Shown piece after piece: positions 1 to 9,736 of a DNA stretch of 64,000 bases. Source of the stretch: an uncultured virus (IMG/VR IMGVR_UViG_3300009093_000038) (Duplodnaviria > Heunggongvirae > Uroviricota > Caudoviricetes); the IMG/VR virus record IMGVR_UViG_3300009093_000038; one strand, 5' to 3'. The position numbers and the translations under genes were made by a program. Positions within the stretch are counted from its first letter, which is position 1, and every line of letters starts with the position of its first letter. Under the pieces are notes generated by a model. It was given only the letters and a program-made list of their open reading frames with translations. It had not been told where the DNA came from and searched no databases.

Positions 1-87
1 CGGTCTTCAGGTCGATCAGGTAGATCGTGAAGAAGTCTGTCCAGGGGGTCCGGGTGACGAAAAAAGTAAACGATTTAGGGGCTTCGT

Positions 88-765
88 TCATCCCACGAGT
101 CTTCGGAAATTCGCGAAGATCGTTTTACCGTCTCCTTGAACGTGTTCGGGCATCGAGCCGCCTTCAGAAGCAGGCACCATGCTGGCGGCGGCTTTGGCTT
201 TCACTTCGATAGGATTGATCACGTGCATGAATGACTCAGCCGTGATTCCAGGATCGCGACCGAGGATCGTGTCCATGGCTCCTGCGGCAGGCGGCGCGCC
301 AGGCGTCACCGTGGGAGCACCAGCGGGTGGCGGCTCAGGTTTCGGCGGCTGTGGGACGGCGGAGGGATCAATCAGTTTGAAAATGTTGGGCGTCACGTCC
401 GGCGCAACCAGGGCGGCGGTCGGAGGAATCAATTCTTCACCGTGGGCCAGCGTGGATGGTTCAGCGGGTGAGCCTGCGTTCAAATTCGGCTGTTCACGCA
501 TTCCAGGAATCTGGCCGGTGTTGAACGGGTCAATGCGTTTGGCGTCGGCGGGAATGATCGCTTCTTCGTCGCTCTCAGCCACGGTGCCAATGATACCGGC
601 AATAACGGAACGCTTGCGCGCCGCCGCCTTTACCAGTTTTTCCTGCTCCTCGTCTTCGGGCGGAAGGCGACGGGCCGGTGATGCCGGTTTGGGCCGGGCA
701 GTCTGGACGGGCGGGGAATCTTCGCGAACGGGTTTCCGTCCGATGATTTGATCAATCATGCTCAT
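88..765 (-). CDS. Hypothetical Pro/Ala-rich protein, possibly virion-associated
   Basis: 225-aa ORF coupled to 762..1160; repeated IIGR/ILGR motif. Confidence 0.6.
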   Translation of the reverse strand: MSMIDQIIGRKPVREDSPPVQTARPKPASPARRLPPEDEEQEKLVKAAARKRSVIAGIIGTVAESDEEAIIPADAKRIDPFNTGQIPGMREQPNLNAGSPAEPSTLAHGEELIPPTAALVAPDVTPNIFKLIDPSAVPQPPKPEPPPAGAPTVTPGAPPAAGAMDTILGRDPGITAESFMHVINPIEVKAKAAASMVPASEGGSMPEHVQGDGKTIFANFRRLVG

Positions 766-1160
766 GGCGGCATCACGTGGGGTCGTCCGATAATTTCCCT
801 GACGGCGTCGTTCTCATGTTCAGGCGGTTCGACGCGCTCGGGTTCAGTGGTGTCTTCATTGCCGGTTGATCCTAGCTCGATGGCTTGGTCCACCATACGG
901 GCCAGTTCGATAGCTCCATCACGGCCAATGGCGAAGACAAGTTTCACGGACTTTTCGTTGTCCATTTCCATGAATCGACGAACCACTTCACCCTTGTTGC
1001 CAGTCTGCCACATGTTGGTGATTTCGTCGATCTCCGCATCTTCTGGCGCAGCAACAGGAGCGGCTTCTCCGGCAGGAACTTCAGCCTGATTAGGCTTTTC
1101 CTGCGGTTCTTCCTGCTCACCACGTGCTTCGCCAAGAATCTGCTTGATGGTGCTATCCAT
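762..1160 (-). CDS. Hypothetical acidic protein, possibly virion-associated
   Basis: 132-aa ORF; GTAATTA motif just upstream of ATG. Confidence 0.6.
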   Translation of the reverse strand: MDSTIKQILGEARGEQEEPQEKPNQAEVPAGEAAPVAAPEDAEIDEITNMWQTGNKGEVVRRFMEMDNEKSVKLVFAIGRDGAIELARMVDQAIELGSTGNEDTTEPERVEPPEHENDAVREIIGRPHVMPP

Positions 1161-1169
1161 ACGCCCTAA

Positions 1170-2066
1170 TTACGCGGGCGCGTCGGCAAGAACGTAACGT
1201 CCCAAATTGTCAACCGGAATACCGTTGCCGCCGAAGCCAGCGACTTTGGGAACGCGGAGAGCAAACTGGCGGTAAATTGGGTCCTGCCCGTAGCGACTGG
1301 CCACCTGGCGCATGACGCGCACAGACTCAATGTCAGCGAGCTGGCGCTCGGACCCGGTGACGCTGGTTTCGACTTCCTGATGTTTTAGCACAGGCGGGTT
1401 GCATTCGAGATCGAGCTGCACCTGGGGCTGGCCGTCGAGATTCAGGAAACCACCAAATCGGGCGCGATTCATGTAATCGCAGTGCTCCTCACCGAACTTG
1501 CCGAAGCGCGCATCGAAGTAGCCGATCCGATTGATGACCGGGCGAGTGATCGACATCATGATGCCGGTCATGCGCGGGCACATCTTTACGCGGTAGCCTC
1601 GGGAGTTCACCGTCATCCAGCGATAGCTGTCATGGTGGGTGAAATCGCAGAAGGAGAACATGCCGACTTCCAGGTCGTCGTGGGCCTTGCCGTAAAAGTT
1701 TACAAAATCTCCTAGCACGTGGAGATCGTCATTGAGCAGGCACAGGTGATCGCACTCGCTGTCAAAAAACCATTTGAGCGCCCGGTTCGAATTGCCCGCC
1801 ACGCCCAGGTTGGTCGTGCCCATGAACACACTGACATCCTTGCCAAGGTGAGGAGCGCGATACTCCAGCGCCAGAAGGTCAGGGCGGCTGATGCCTTTTT
1901 CCTGGGTGATGTCGCCAGGCCGGAGAAAGGTTTCTGTCCCGTCGCGCTGGCCGCAGTCTTCAAAGATTGCCAGCGGATAGTCGGGACAGAATTTCGTCAG
2001 TCCGGTCAGGGTTTCTTTCAGTGCGTGTACACGGTTGTACGTAATGATGGCGATGGCGGATTTCAT
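1170..2066 (-). CDS. Glycosyltransferase family 2
   Basis: AIITYNR start, NLGVAGNSN, LLNDD (DxD), IGYFDARFG motifs. Confidence 0.85.
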   Translation of the reverse strand: MKSAIAIITYNRVHALKETLTGLTKFCPDYPLAIFEDCGQRDGTETFLRPGDITQEKGISRPDLLALEYRAPHLGKDVSVFMGTTNLGVAGNSNRALKWFFDSECDHLCLLNDDLHVLGDFVNFYGKAHDDLEVGMFSFCDFTHHDSYRWMTVNSRGYRVKMCPRMTGIMMSITRPVINRIGYFDARFGKFGEEHCDYMNRARFGGFLNLDGQPQVQLDLECNPPVLKHQEVETSVTGSERQLADIESVRVMRQVASRYGQDPIYRQFALRVPKVAGFGGNGIPVDNLGRYVLADAPA

Positions 2067-2069
2067 GGG

Positions 2070-2369
2070 TTAGGTGGCCGGACCCGAGATGGCGGCCTTG
2101 AGGTTTTTACCGACTTTGAATTTCACGACGCGGCGCGCCGGAATCTGGATAGGGCCAGCTTCAGGGTTGGCCGGATTGCGACCGACGCGTTCCTTGCCCA
2201 GGCGGACTTCCCAGATGCCGAAGCCCCGGAACTCCACACGGTCACCGCGTGACAGCGCGTCCTGGACTCCGCCCAGGAAAGTGTCGATCACGGTTTCCGC
2301 TTGTTGTTGGGAAATGTTGAGTTTGTCGGCGAGTGCCTTGATGGCGTCAATTTTTGCGAAGGTGTTCAT
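2070..2369 (-). CDS. HU/IHF family DNA-binding protein
   Basis: VEFRGFGIWEV...GRNP...IPARRVVKFKVGK signature; start moved to ATG 2369. Confidence 0.93.
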   Translation of the reverse strand: MNTFAKIDAIKALADKLNISQQQAETVIDTFLGGVQDALSRGDRVEFRGFGIWEVRLGKERVGRNPANPEAGPIQIPARRVVKFKVGKNLKAAISGPAT

Positions 2370-2370
2370 T

Positions 2371-2751
2371 TTATTTCTTTCGTGCTGGTTGCTGTCCTTG
2401 TAAGAACGCGACGGCGATGCGCGCAGATTCTTCCGGCATGACAGCCACGTCGGCATTCAGGCGCAGGACGAACCAGGAGCAGCGAAAAATAAGAAAGATT
2501 CCCCACACGAGTTTGACGCTGACGTTGACCAGCAGGAAAGCAATCAAACCTTCTGTCGTCGGGTTGCCGAAGATTTTCCAGTAGATGAAAGTCACCCACA
2601 GCATGGCGATCAGTACCAGGAAGGTCCAATCCGCGTTGGTCCACCATCCGGCTTGTTTCAGCGCGGACCATTGGGACATGGGTTGCTGAACAACCACCGT
2701 GGACTGCGTCGGTGGTTGTTTACCTTCGGGTGTGGGGATTGCGTCGGCCAT
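2371..2751 (-). CDS. Hypothetical membrane protein
   Basis: Two hydrophobic segments; abuts neighbouring genes. Confidence 0.6.
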   Translation of the reverse strand: MADAIPTPEGKQPPTQSTVVVQQPMSQWSALKQAGWWTNADWTFLVLIAMLWVTFIYWKIFGNPTTEGLIAFLLVNVSVKLVWGIFLIFRCSWFVLRLNADVAVMPEESARIAVAFLQGQQPARKK

Positions 2752-2754
2752 AAA

Positions 2755-4218
2755 TCAGGCTTTGGTGAAAGTGATCTGGGCGTGGGCGCGGATCAGGTTG
2801 ATACACTCGTCCACGTTCACGATGCCAATCGGGAGATACCAGGAGGGGCGGCCACCCTTCTCACCGGTCTCAGGCTTCAGGGATTCCTTCAGTTCCTCGG
2901 CGGGATTGATGAAGCGCAGGCGCAGCGGGGAAGCCTGGTCCACAGCAAAGATCATGGATTCGTTGCCGACCGAGGTCTTGTCCTTGTGCCGGAAAAACGT
3001 GCCGTCGTCCTTTTCAACGCGGCGGAAATTTTCATCCATGAAACTCATCACTTCTTCTTCGTCCTCGCTGGAGAATGCGACTTCGGAGATGCGACGCGTG
3101 GGGCGCACAACGGGAACGCGGGCGTGGCGCGCACCCAGGAGTTTGTGGCTGATGGTGATCTCGCCCAGGCCGAAGTTGGATGCCTTCAGTTCGCACGCTT
3201 CCTTCACGCCGCAGTTCTCGCACGTGCGGTGGTGTTTCTGAAACATGATGCCGAAGCATTTGAAGCGGTCGTTGCGGACTTCAGGAACTGGAATGTTGCA
3301 GGTCGTCAGCGCGTCGATGATTCCGGGGTTATCTTTGAAGTGATCGAATTGGTGCTGCGCCGCCAGCATGAGCGCCCGTTTGCGGGTCATCTCGTCGATG
3401 CTGCGCGGAATCTGCACTCCAAAAAATTGAACAAGGGTCGCCATCGCGGCGGCATAGCGCGGTTCTTCTTCCTCACGGTTCATCTTCATAAAAATGCACT
3501 TCTCTTTGATTGTCTCATGGACCTGGCGGAACTGTTCAACGCTGATACCGATGCCTCGGGCCAGGTGTTCGTAGCGAATCCGCACGCGAAGCTCGCTGTC
3601 GGCTTTCCTGCCGATCTCGGCTTCCTGGCGGGCATAAAAAAGAGCTTCTTCGTTGGGCGAGAGGAGCTGGCTGAGCACCCCTTGCTCCAGGTAATTGAGG
3701 CGAGTTGAGACTTCTTCCAGCAGCTCGCGGAAGGCGGAAGAATCGTCGCCGGAGTCCATTTCGGAAAGCTGAACGTTCGCGTCTGGGTCGTCGATCCTGA
3801 CCTCCATGGGGCGACTGGAAACCTGTTCGCCGTTGTTCACGTGGCGCTGGCCCTTGGGCGGCGGTTTGACGCCGGTACGCTTTTCCGTGAAGCGATATTT
3901 CTGCACCAGGCTGCAAACGTGATTAGAGATCGCGGTTTTATACTGGGCGAAGTACTCACTGCGAGTGCGACTTCTTCGCAGCAGACCTTTGTTGTTCATC
4001 TCGGTCGTCTTCAGCCAACATTCGGCCACCAGCTCCTCGAAGTGCAGTTCCATGCACGACGGGTCCACGTAGCCCGCCACCACCTTGTTGATGATATTGC
4101 CCATGTCCTGGACCATTTCTTCGTACACGGGAGGACGAAGCTCCGGGTTCGCAAAGATCAGGAAGAACCTGTGCGACGGAGGCAAGATGGCTGATTGCCA
4201 ATCAGTGAGTGTCGTCAT
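2755..4218 (-). CDS. Putative sigma-factor-like protein with Cys-rich C-terminal part
   Basis: FEELVAECWLK...YFAQYKTAISNH resembles sigma region 2; YEHLARGIGISVEQ resembles the region 4 HTH; CFG...CENC...C cluster; start approximate. Confidence 0.5.
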   Translation of the reverse strand: MTTLTDWQSAILPPSHRFFLIFANPELRPPVYEEMVQDMGNIINKVVAGYVDPSCMELHFEELVAECWLKTTEMNNKGLLRRSRTRSEYFAQYKTAISNHVCSLVQKYRFTEKRTGVKPPPKGQRHVNNGEQVSSRPMEVRIDDPDANVQLSEMDSGDDSSAFRELLEEVSTRLNYLEQGVLSQLLSPNEEALFYARQEAEIGRKADSELRVRIRYEHLARGIGISVEQFRQVHETIKEKCIFMKMNREEEEPRYAAAMATLVQFFGVQIPRSIDEMTRKRALMLAAQHQFDHFKDNPGIIDALTTCNIPVPEVRNDRFKCFGIMFQKHHRTCENCGVKEACELKASNFGLGEITISHKLLGARHARVPVVRPTRRISEVAFSSEDEEEVMSFMDENFRRVEKDDGTFFRHKDKTSVGNESMIFAVDQASPLRLRFINPAEELKESLKPETGEKGGRPSWYLPIGIVNVDECINLIRAHAQITFTKA

Positions 4219-5233
4219 ATACGTCATATTCACCGGACCGGCGAGGGTCTTGGATTTCCACCATTTCGTTGTAAATGTCAGTTGCAGTTCGGGCGTTCTT
4301 GCCATGCCGTCCGCCCACTTCGGCGACCGAATCGGGGTCTTTGTCCCCGTTGTCGATCTCGTCGAAAATTCTTTTGGCTTCCACCAGGCTGTCGATCTGG
4401 GAAATGGTGGGTATCTTGATGCGCTTACCGCCGTGAACGGCAACGAGATATTTGCCATGCTCGTTCCAGGTGAATGGGGTGTTCGCCGCATCGAAAAGTG
4501 ACACGAAATCTGTATAACTGTACGCTGCCCGGACCAGGTCTTCTTCCGTGAAGGGAACGCGAATTTTTTTATACATCTGGTCGCGCATCATGACCAGGGC
4601 GGAGGAGTAAAAGAATTTGGAAAGTTCAATCGAGATGCCGTAGGCGTAGGCGGCACCCTTGATGGCGGATTGCTTGTCGTGATCTTCCTCCAGGATGCAC
4701 TCAATCAGGAAGTGGATCGCGCCGATCTCCTGCGGGCTGCCCCAACGGCACGTCAGGTTCGCCAGGCGCGCCCGAGCTTCGGTGGCGAGGTCCTTCTTGT
4801 CGATCTCATGGTCCTCGCTCGGAAAGAATTTTTCCAGCGTGTCGCTGGTGACGTGATAGCGCTTGCGGAACTGATTCACCTTCACCAGCTCGCTGCGGAA
4901 TGCGTTCTTGGCGCATTTTGAAAACCACGTGAATAGCTTGCCCTTCTTGCGCTGCCAGCGGAGTAACCACTTGACTACTTTCTCCTGCGCGGCAGAGACG
5001 AGGATGTCTATGTCCACAGTATAGTGGTAGCCTTCGTGGAGGGCGAGGCGCTGGAACATCTGAGTAGAGCCGACTACTATTTCTTCCAGAACCAGCATGG
5101 CTTCAGCGGTCTTGTTCTGGGCGTGGAGTTCTTTCCACTTAAGCGCCAGCGGTTCAAGGTAGCTGGCCGCGAAAAGGTGTTCGCCCTGGACAGTAGAGCC
5201 TGCTGTCTGTTGTTCTTTCGGAAGTTTGCCCAT
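4202..5233 (-). CDS. Putative phage sigma factor (gp55/sigma70 region 2-like)
   Basis: LVSAAQEKVVKWLLRW...LFTWFSKCAKNAFRSEL resembles sigma region 2. Confidence 0.6.
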   Translation of the reverse strand: MGKLPKEQQTAGSTVQGEHLFAASYLEPLALKWKELHAQNKTAEAMLVLEEIVVGSTQMFQRLALHEGYHYTVDIDILVSAAQEKVVKWLLRWQRKKGKLFTWFSKCAKNAFRSELVKVNQFRKRYHVTSDTLEKFFPSEDHEIDKKDLATEARARLANLTCRWGSPQEIGAIHFLIECILEEDHDKQSAIKGAAYAYGISIELSKFFYSSALVMMRDQMYKKIRVPFTEEDLVRAAYSYTDFVSLFDAANTPFTWNEHGKYLVAVHGGKRIKIPTISQIDSLVEAKRIFDEIDNGDKDPDSVAEVGGRHGKNARTATDIYNEMVEIQDPRRSGEYDVYDDTH

Positions 5234-5237
5234 CGAC

Positions 5238-6080
5238 TTAAGAGCCTACTTTAATCTGGTCACAAGTAACGAGATAATCTTTCAGCAAACTCTCAAGTTT
5301 TTTCTGACGGTCGTCATATCCGGGATACTTCTCGAAATGCTCCGAGAGGTTCAACGCGGAGAGTAACAGGCAGTAAACCGAGTTTTGGACATCATAGTGC
5401 GGCCACTTAGAAGAATCAAACTCCCGAGGTAGGCGCAGCGGCTGGCGTTCAGGCGGAAGTTCGCTTTCCGGCATTTCTGCCTCAGCCTGAGCAGCTACTT
5501 GTGACTTAGTAGAAGCTTCAGCTTCGGCTTCATCCTCCGGTTTTCCGTTTTTGGTAGCCTTGGAACCCTTCGCTGGCCTGACGGTTGAGGCTACTTCTGG
5601 TGCTTTGGCCTTCGGTTTGACCGGCGCGGCAGGCTTGGGTTTCGCCTGGGCTTTCGTTTCTTCAGCGGTTTCCGGTTTGGCAGCGCCTTTGCGCTTGGGC
5701 GCGGCCACAGGAGCTGTTTGAACCGGAGAAGCAGGCGGCGGAGGCGGAGCCACGGCGACCGGTGCCGAGATCGCCGCACGCAGTTCGAGATTTCCAGGTG
5801 CATTCTTCATGACGACCATGGCGACGCGCAATACCTCGTTTTTACCGAGCTTTTGCGCATCTTTCCCTTCAGCATGAATGGCTTGGGTGACGGCGACCAC
5901 TTCCTTGGAGTAACACATTTTCTCTCCGAAGCGGCTGTCGATGGGCTGATTTTTGGGGCTGAGCAGCGGACCAAGCGCCGGGTCTTTTTCCAAAATCTGC
6001 TGAATGCGCTCGTAGCGCATCGAAGAAGGCAGCTTGGTTTGCTGCTTCTGTAAAACTTGAGCGGTGGTTGCCGACGACAT
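5238..6080 (-). CDS. Hypothetical protein with Ala/Pro/Lys-rich linker
   Basis: 280-aa ORF in co-directional cluster. Confidence 0.6.
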   Translation of the reverse strand: MSSATTAQVLQKQQTKLPSSMRYERIQQILEKDPALGPLLSPKNQPIDSRFGEKMCYSKEVVAVTQAIHAEGKDAQKLGKNEVLRVAMVVMKNAPGNLELRAAISAPVAVAPPPPPASPVQTAPVAAPKRKGAAKPETAEETKAQAKPKPAAPVKPKAKAPEVASTVRPAKGSKATKNGKPEDEAEAEASTKSQVAAQAEAEMPESELPPERQPLRLPREFDSSKWPHYDVQNSVYCLLLSALNLSEHFEKYPGYDDRQKKLESLLKDYLVTCDQIKVGS

Positions 6081-6134
6081 AAAATTTGATTTAGCGGGAC
6101 ACTAAATTTTGTCCACAATTTTTTGAAAAAATGT

Positions 6135-6620
6135 TTACGCTTTCGCTTTGGTGTTTTCCACGAACTGTTTGGCAGAGCGCTGGAAAGCCTGGCGGAAGTC
6201 CAAAAGGTTCTCGGTGTAGGCCCCGTAGCGCGCCACCGTGCTGCGGAATTCCTGCACTTCGGGTTTGCGGGTGCCGAGCTTGATGGCACCCTTCTTCGTC
6301 TTTTCCACGTTGATCTGCATCAAGGCGTGGTGTAGTGCGGCCTTCTGCTGCGTGCCGTCCGCGTGGTTCCAGAAGTAATTGTCGCAGACCAGCAGGTAAT
6401 GCGCCTTGGTCAGGGCTGTGAACAGCGGGGAAATCTTCTTGCAGACGATAGGTTTTCCCTTGGGTTCTTCCTCCTCGCCGTCCGTGTTGGTGCGAACGAC
6501 GACCAGGCTTAATACGGTGATGTCCTGCTCGCGGATCGGGTTGAACTCCACGACGGACACGTCGGACAGCATTTCTTCAACAGCGTCCGAGAACTCTTTG
6601 TGCTCAATATACTCAATCAT
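6135..6620 (-). CDS. Phage metallopeptidase-like protein, degenerate HExxH
   Basis: WN...QQKAALHHALMQI...KPEVQEFRSTVARYG resembles the phage putative metallopeptidase family. Confidence 0.55.
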   Translation of the reverse strand: MIEYIEHKEFSDAVEEMLSDVSVVEFNPIREQDITVLSLVVVRTNTDGEEEEPKGKPIVCKKISPLFTALTKAHYLLVCDNYFWNHADGTQQKAALHHALMQINVEKTKKGAIKLGTRKPEVQEFRSTVARYGAYTENLLDFRQAFQRSAKQFVENTKAKA

Positions 6621-8089
6621 TTTACATCCTCATCTTCAAGAACGGGAGCGAGGGAGCGGCGACGACGCGGAGCGGGAGTGGTTTCTTCCGGGTCTGCATC
6701 TTCGCCAGTTTTTTCTTCGCCCGCAGGTTTATAGAACTCATCCAGCCCTTCAGTAGAGTTGGCTTTTTCAACGGCGACCTGCCACAGCTTGTCCAGGTCA
6801 GCGCGGTGCGCCCGGTAGAACGCGGGCCATTGCCACCGATCTTCGATCTCAGGGTCTTCGACTTTTTTCTTGCGGCGGTTGCTGCTGGCCGCGTCTTTAG
6901 TCGCTTCTTCATCGGGTTTGACGTTCTCGGCGAACGTGGTGGTCTCGATGCCGTACTTGCGGAACAGGAAGCGCACGGTGCCACCCTTTCCCTCGTCCTC
7001 GTCGCCACGGCCAAACTCGGCCACGCGCAGGAAGACCAGGCTGTCCAGGAGACTGAAGATGTTGTGGAGGCCGCCCTGCTCCTCGTCGAACAGCAAAACC
7101 ATACGTGCTTCACGCAGTGGTTTGCGCAGGCGGTTTTTGATGGTCCTGAAGCCGACCAGGAATCCGGCAGCGAACTGCGCGCCCTTGACCAGGGTGTACT
7201 TGATCGGCACCTGGAACATGAATATGCGGTGGGTGGCGTAAAATGCGAGAGCCTTGCCGCCGAACGTGGAAAAATCCTTGTCCTGCGGCGTGCTGTAGCG
7301 AACCCGGTAACCACCGTTTCCCTGGTTGTAATTTGTCCTGACCTGGTTGGTGCAGACAATGGCCACATTGTGGCGAGTGATCTCGGCGCGCAGACGGCGG
7401 AAGCCTTCACTGATCTTGGCGGCAGCACGCGGATAATCCCGTTCGCCCCAATCGCGTTCCATTTCGTCTTTGGAGCTGGTGCCTGCGACCGTGTCCACGA
7501 TGAGCATTCCGAAAACGAGTTCGTCGCTTTCGTCTTCCTCGATCTCCTTTTCCGCCTGGCGGATGATCTTGAGGAATTTGTCCACGGCGAGAAAGACCTG
7601 CTCGATGGTGTCGGTCAAACCGACCGCACAACCTTCCAGCTCGGTTTCTTCCGTGACCTCCTGGCCGTTCTCATCGAAGCGAGTGTCGCGGATGCCGAGC
7701 TTGAAACCCTTCTCCAGCGAACCTTCGTTGTCGATGTAAACCATGATGTGCCGGATGCGCTTGGTATCGACACGTTTCAGGGAGTAGATGAACCCCTGCT
7801 TGTTCACGACCTCGTAGATGTGATGCGCCTGGAAACGGCACATGGAGCGAATCATCAGGGCGCTCTTGCCGCAGTTTTCCAAGCCGAAAACTTCACTGAT
7901 ACGACCCATCGGGAACCCGCCTGTGAACTGGTCAAAAGGCTCGTTACCGGTGAGGACGATGTATTTCACGTCACCGTAAATGTCCTTGTCGCTCATTGTG
8001 AAGTCGAAGGTGGCTGCCCCGACCTTTTTAGGCCGGGACAGGTTCACCGACGAGACATACATCTCGGTCAGATTTTTTTGCTTCGCCAT
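6617..8089 (-). CDS. recA: RecA/UvsX-like recombinase
   Basis: GGFPMGRISEVFGLENCGKS Walker A, LIVDTVA Walker B, TNQVR, GGKALAFYA. Confidence 0.93.
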   Translation of the reverse strand: MAKQKNLTEMYVSSVNLSRPKKVGAATFDFTMSDKDIYGDVKYIVLTGNEPFDQFTGGFPMGRISEVFGLENCGKSALMIRSMCRFQAHHIYEVVNKQGFIYSLKRVDTKRIRHIMVYIDNEGSLEKGFKLGIRDTRFDENGQEVTEETELEGCAVGLTDTIEQVFLAVDKFLKIIRQAEKEIEEDESDELVFGMLIVDTVAGTSSKDEMERDWGERDYPRAAAKISEGFRRLRAEITRHNVAIVCTNQVRTNYNQGNGGYRVRYSTPQDKDFSTFGGKALAFYATHRIFMFQVPIKYTLVKGAQFAAGFLVGFRTIKNRLRKPLREARMVLLFDEEQGGLHNIFSLLDSLVFLRVAEFGRGDEDEGKGGTVRFLFRKYGIETTTFAENVKPDEEATKDAASSNRRKKKVEDPEIEDRWQWPAFYRAHRADLDKLWQVAVEKANSTEGLDEFYKPAGEEKTGEDADPEETTPAPRRRRSLAPVLEDEDVK

Positions 8090-8091
8090 GA

Positions 8092-9714
8092 CTACTTGCC
8101 TTTCTCAGTGAGACGGGCCAGACGGGACTGAAGGTCCGAAGCGTTTCCGCGTTTCGGAGTGGGCGCAGCGGCGCTAACTGCCGGAGGAGCGTCCTCCACT
8201 TTTTCACGAGTGACAGGCGCGTGATCTTTGCGTTCTTCCGTGACCGTCTCCTCATCTTCAGCGATAGGAGGTTCAGCGTGTGCAGCAGCGGCGCGGCGAG
8301 CGGGAGGGCGCGCAGGTTCGGCACTTTCTTCAGCCGGAGCTTCTTCCTGGGCCGCAGGAGCGGAGCGACGGGCAGGCGCGGGGCCAGCGGCAGCGACTTT
8401 GCGAGTCGGCGGAGGCGGGGCATCAGGCGAAGCGTCCTTTTGCAGGTCTTCGTCTGCGATTTGATCCTGGGCAGCCGGTGCTGTACGGCGCGCCGGTGCG
8501 GGAGCGGAGGCGGCAGGACGACGGGCAGGTGCGACTTCTTCAGCCGGAGCCTGTTCTTGCTGCGCTTCTTCAGTCGGAGCTTCTTCCTGAGCTGCGGGAG
8601 CGCTGCGGCGTGCCGGAGGCGGCGCGGATGCGGACGTGCGACGCGGAGGCACTGCTGATTCAGCCGGTTCTTGCGGCGCGGCTTCTTCCTGGGCCGGAGG
8701 GGCAGCGCGGCGGCTGCTGCGAGTTACGGGAGCGTCGTCAGCCGGAGTTTCTTCAGCCGGAGCTGACCGGCGATTACGTGCTGCGACATCGGCGTCTTCA
8801 TCTTCACCGCTGAAGCGGGAACGACGGGAGCCGCCGCGATCATCTTCATCGCGGCCACGGTCATCGTCACGACCACGATCATCGTCACGACCACGGAATC
8901 CACCGCCGCGACTGCTGCGGCGCGAACCACCACGGTCGTCTTCATCCTGGCGACCTTTGCGGCCACCGTTTTCGGCGTATTCTTCGATCTTGATCGCCGC
9001 TTCCAGGAGCTGCTTTTCGCTCGGGATAATAATCGACGGTTTGCGCAGGCGTTCCCAAATCTTCGCGATGTAGTCGTCGAAGCTCTTGTCGTTGAGATCA
9101 AAAATTGGCGACGGGTCCGAACGTTCCAGGCGGACACCTTTGGCACCGTGGGTGGCCAGAAGGTTGCAGCCGGTTTCCAGATCGAGCAGGCCCCATTCGG
9201 ACGGGTCCTTGCGGCGCGTGGTCGCCCACTTCTGGTACTTCTTGAAATCTTCCCAGGTGGTTTTGTACATGTCGAACTCGTACGGATTGAGCACTTCATT
9301 CATCGGGAGTTCGTCGATGCGACCACGGGCGTCTTCCATGTCGAACACCACGCACCAGAAACGGAAGCGCAGGACGCAGCGCGCCGAGTAGCCGAGATCG
9401 CGGATTTCCTTGGCGCTGCTTTCGTTCAGGCGGTCGGAAAGTTCGCAGATCGGGCACGCCTGGTCGGGATTGCCGCCGAAACCCTTCGGCGTGAAAGTCG
9501 GACAGGTGATGGGAGCTTTGTTCCACCAGTGTTGCGCGAGGCGCACGTACGGCATTTTGTCCGGTCCCATCTGCACAGGCAGGAGCCGGATGTTCCAAGT
9601 GTGATTTTCTTCGATTTTGACGCGGCGCGCCGTTTTGGAAAGAGATGATACGACTGCTTCATCTTCATCCAAATGCCGCATCAGTGCTGTGGGTCTAACG
9701 TCTCGGTCACTCAT
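8092..9714 (-). CDS. gp32-like single-stranded DNA-binding protein with long disordered tail
   Basis: IRLLP...HWW...CP...CPICE Zn-binding pattern; lies between recA and the uvsY-like gene. Confidence 0.75.
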   Translation of the reverse strand: MSDRDVRPTALMRHLDEDEAVVSSLSKTARRVKIEENHTWNIRLLPVQMGPDKMPYVRLAQHWWNKAPITCPTFTPKGFGGNPDQACPICELSDRLNESSAKEIRDLGYSARCVLRFRFWCVVFDMEDARGRIDELPMNEVLNPYEFDMYKTTWEDFKKYQKWATTRRKDPSEWGLLDLETGCNLLATHGAKGVRLERSDPSPIFDLNDKSFDDYIAKIWERLRKPSIIIPSEKQLLEAAIKIEEYAENGGRKGRQDEDDRGGSRRSSRGGGFRGRDDDRGRDDDRGRDEDDRGGSRRSRFSGEDEDADVAARNRRSAPAEETPADDAPVTRSSRRAAPPAQEEAAPQEPAESAVPPRRTSASAPPPARRSAPAAQEEAPTEEAQQEQAPAEEVAPARRPAASAPAPARRTAPAAQDQIADEDLQKDASPDAPPPPTRKVAAAGPAPARRSAPAAQEEAPAEESAEPARPPARRAAAAHAEPPIAEDEETVTEERKDHAPVTREKVEDAPPAVSAAAPTPKRGNASDLQSRLARLTEKGK

Positions 9715-9736
9715 AGTTTTGATTTTTTAACAGTGG

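Noticed and set aside
6806..8131. Long antisense ORFs opposite recA (similarly 2653..3708, 14982..16220, 26484..27425, 46786..47664)
   Set aside because: Shadow ORFs from GC-rich codon bias opposite well-supported genes
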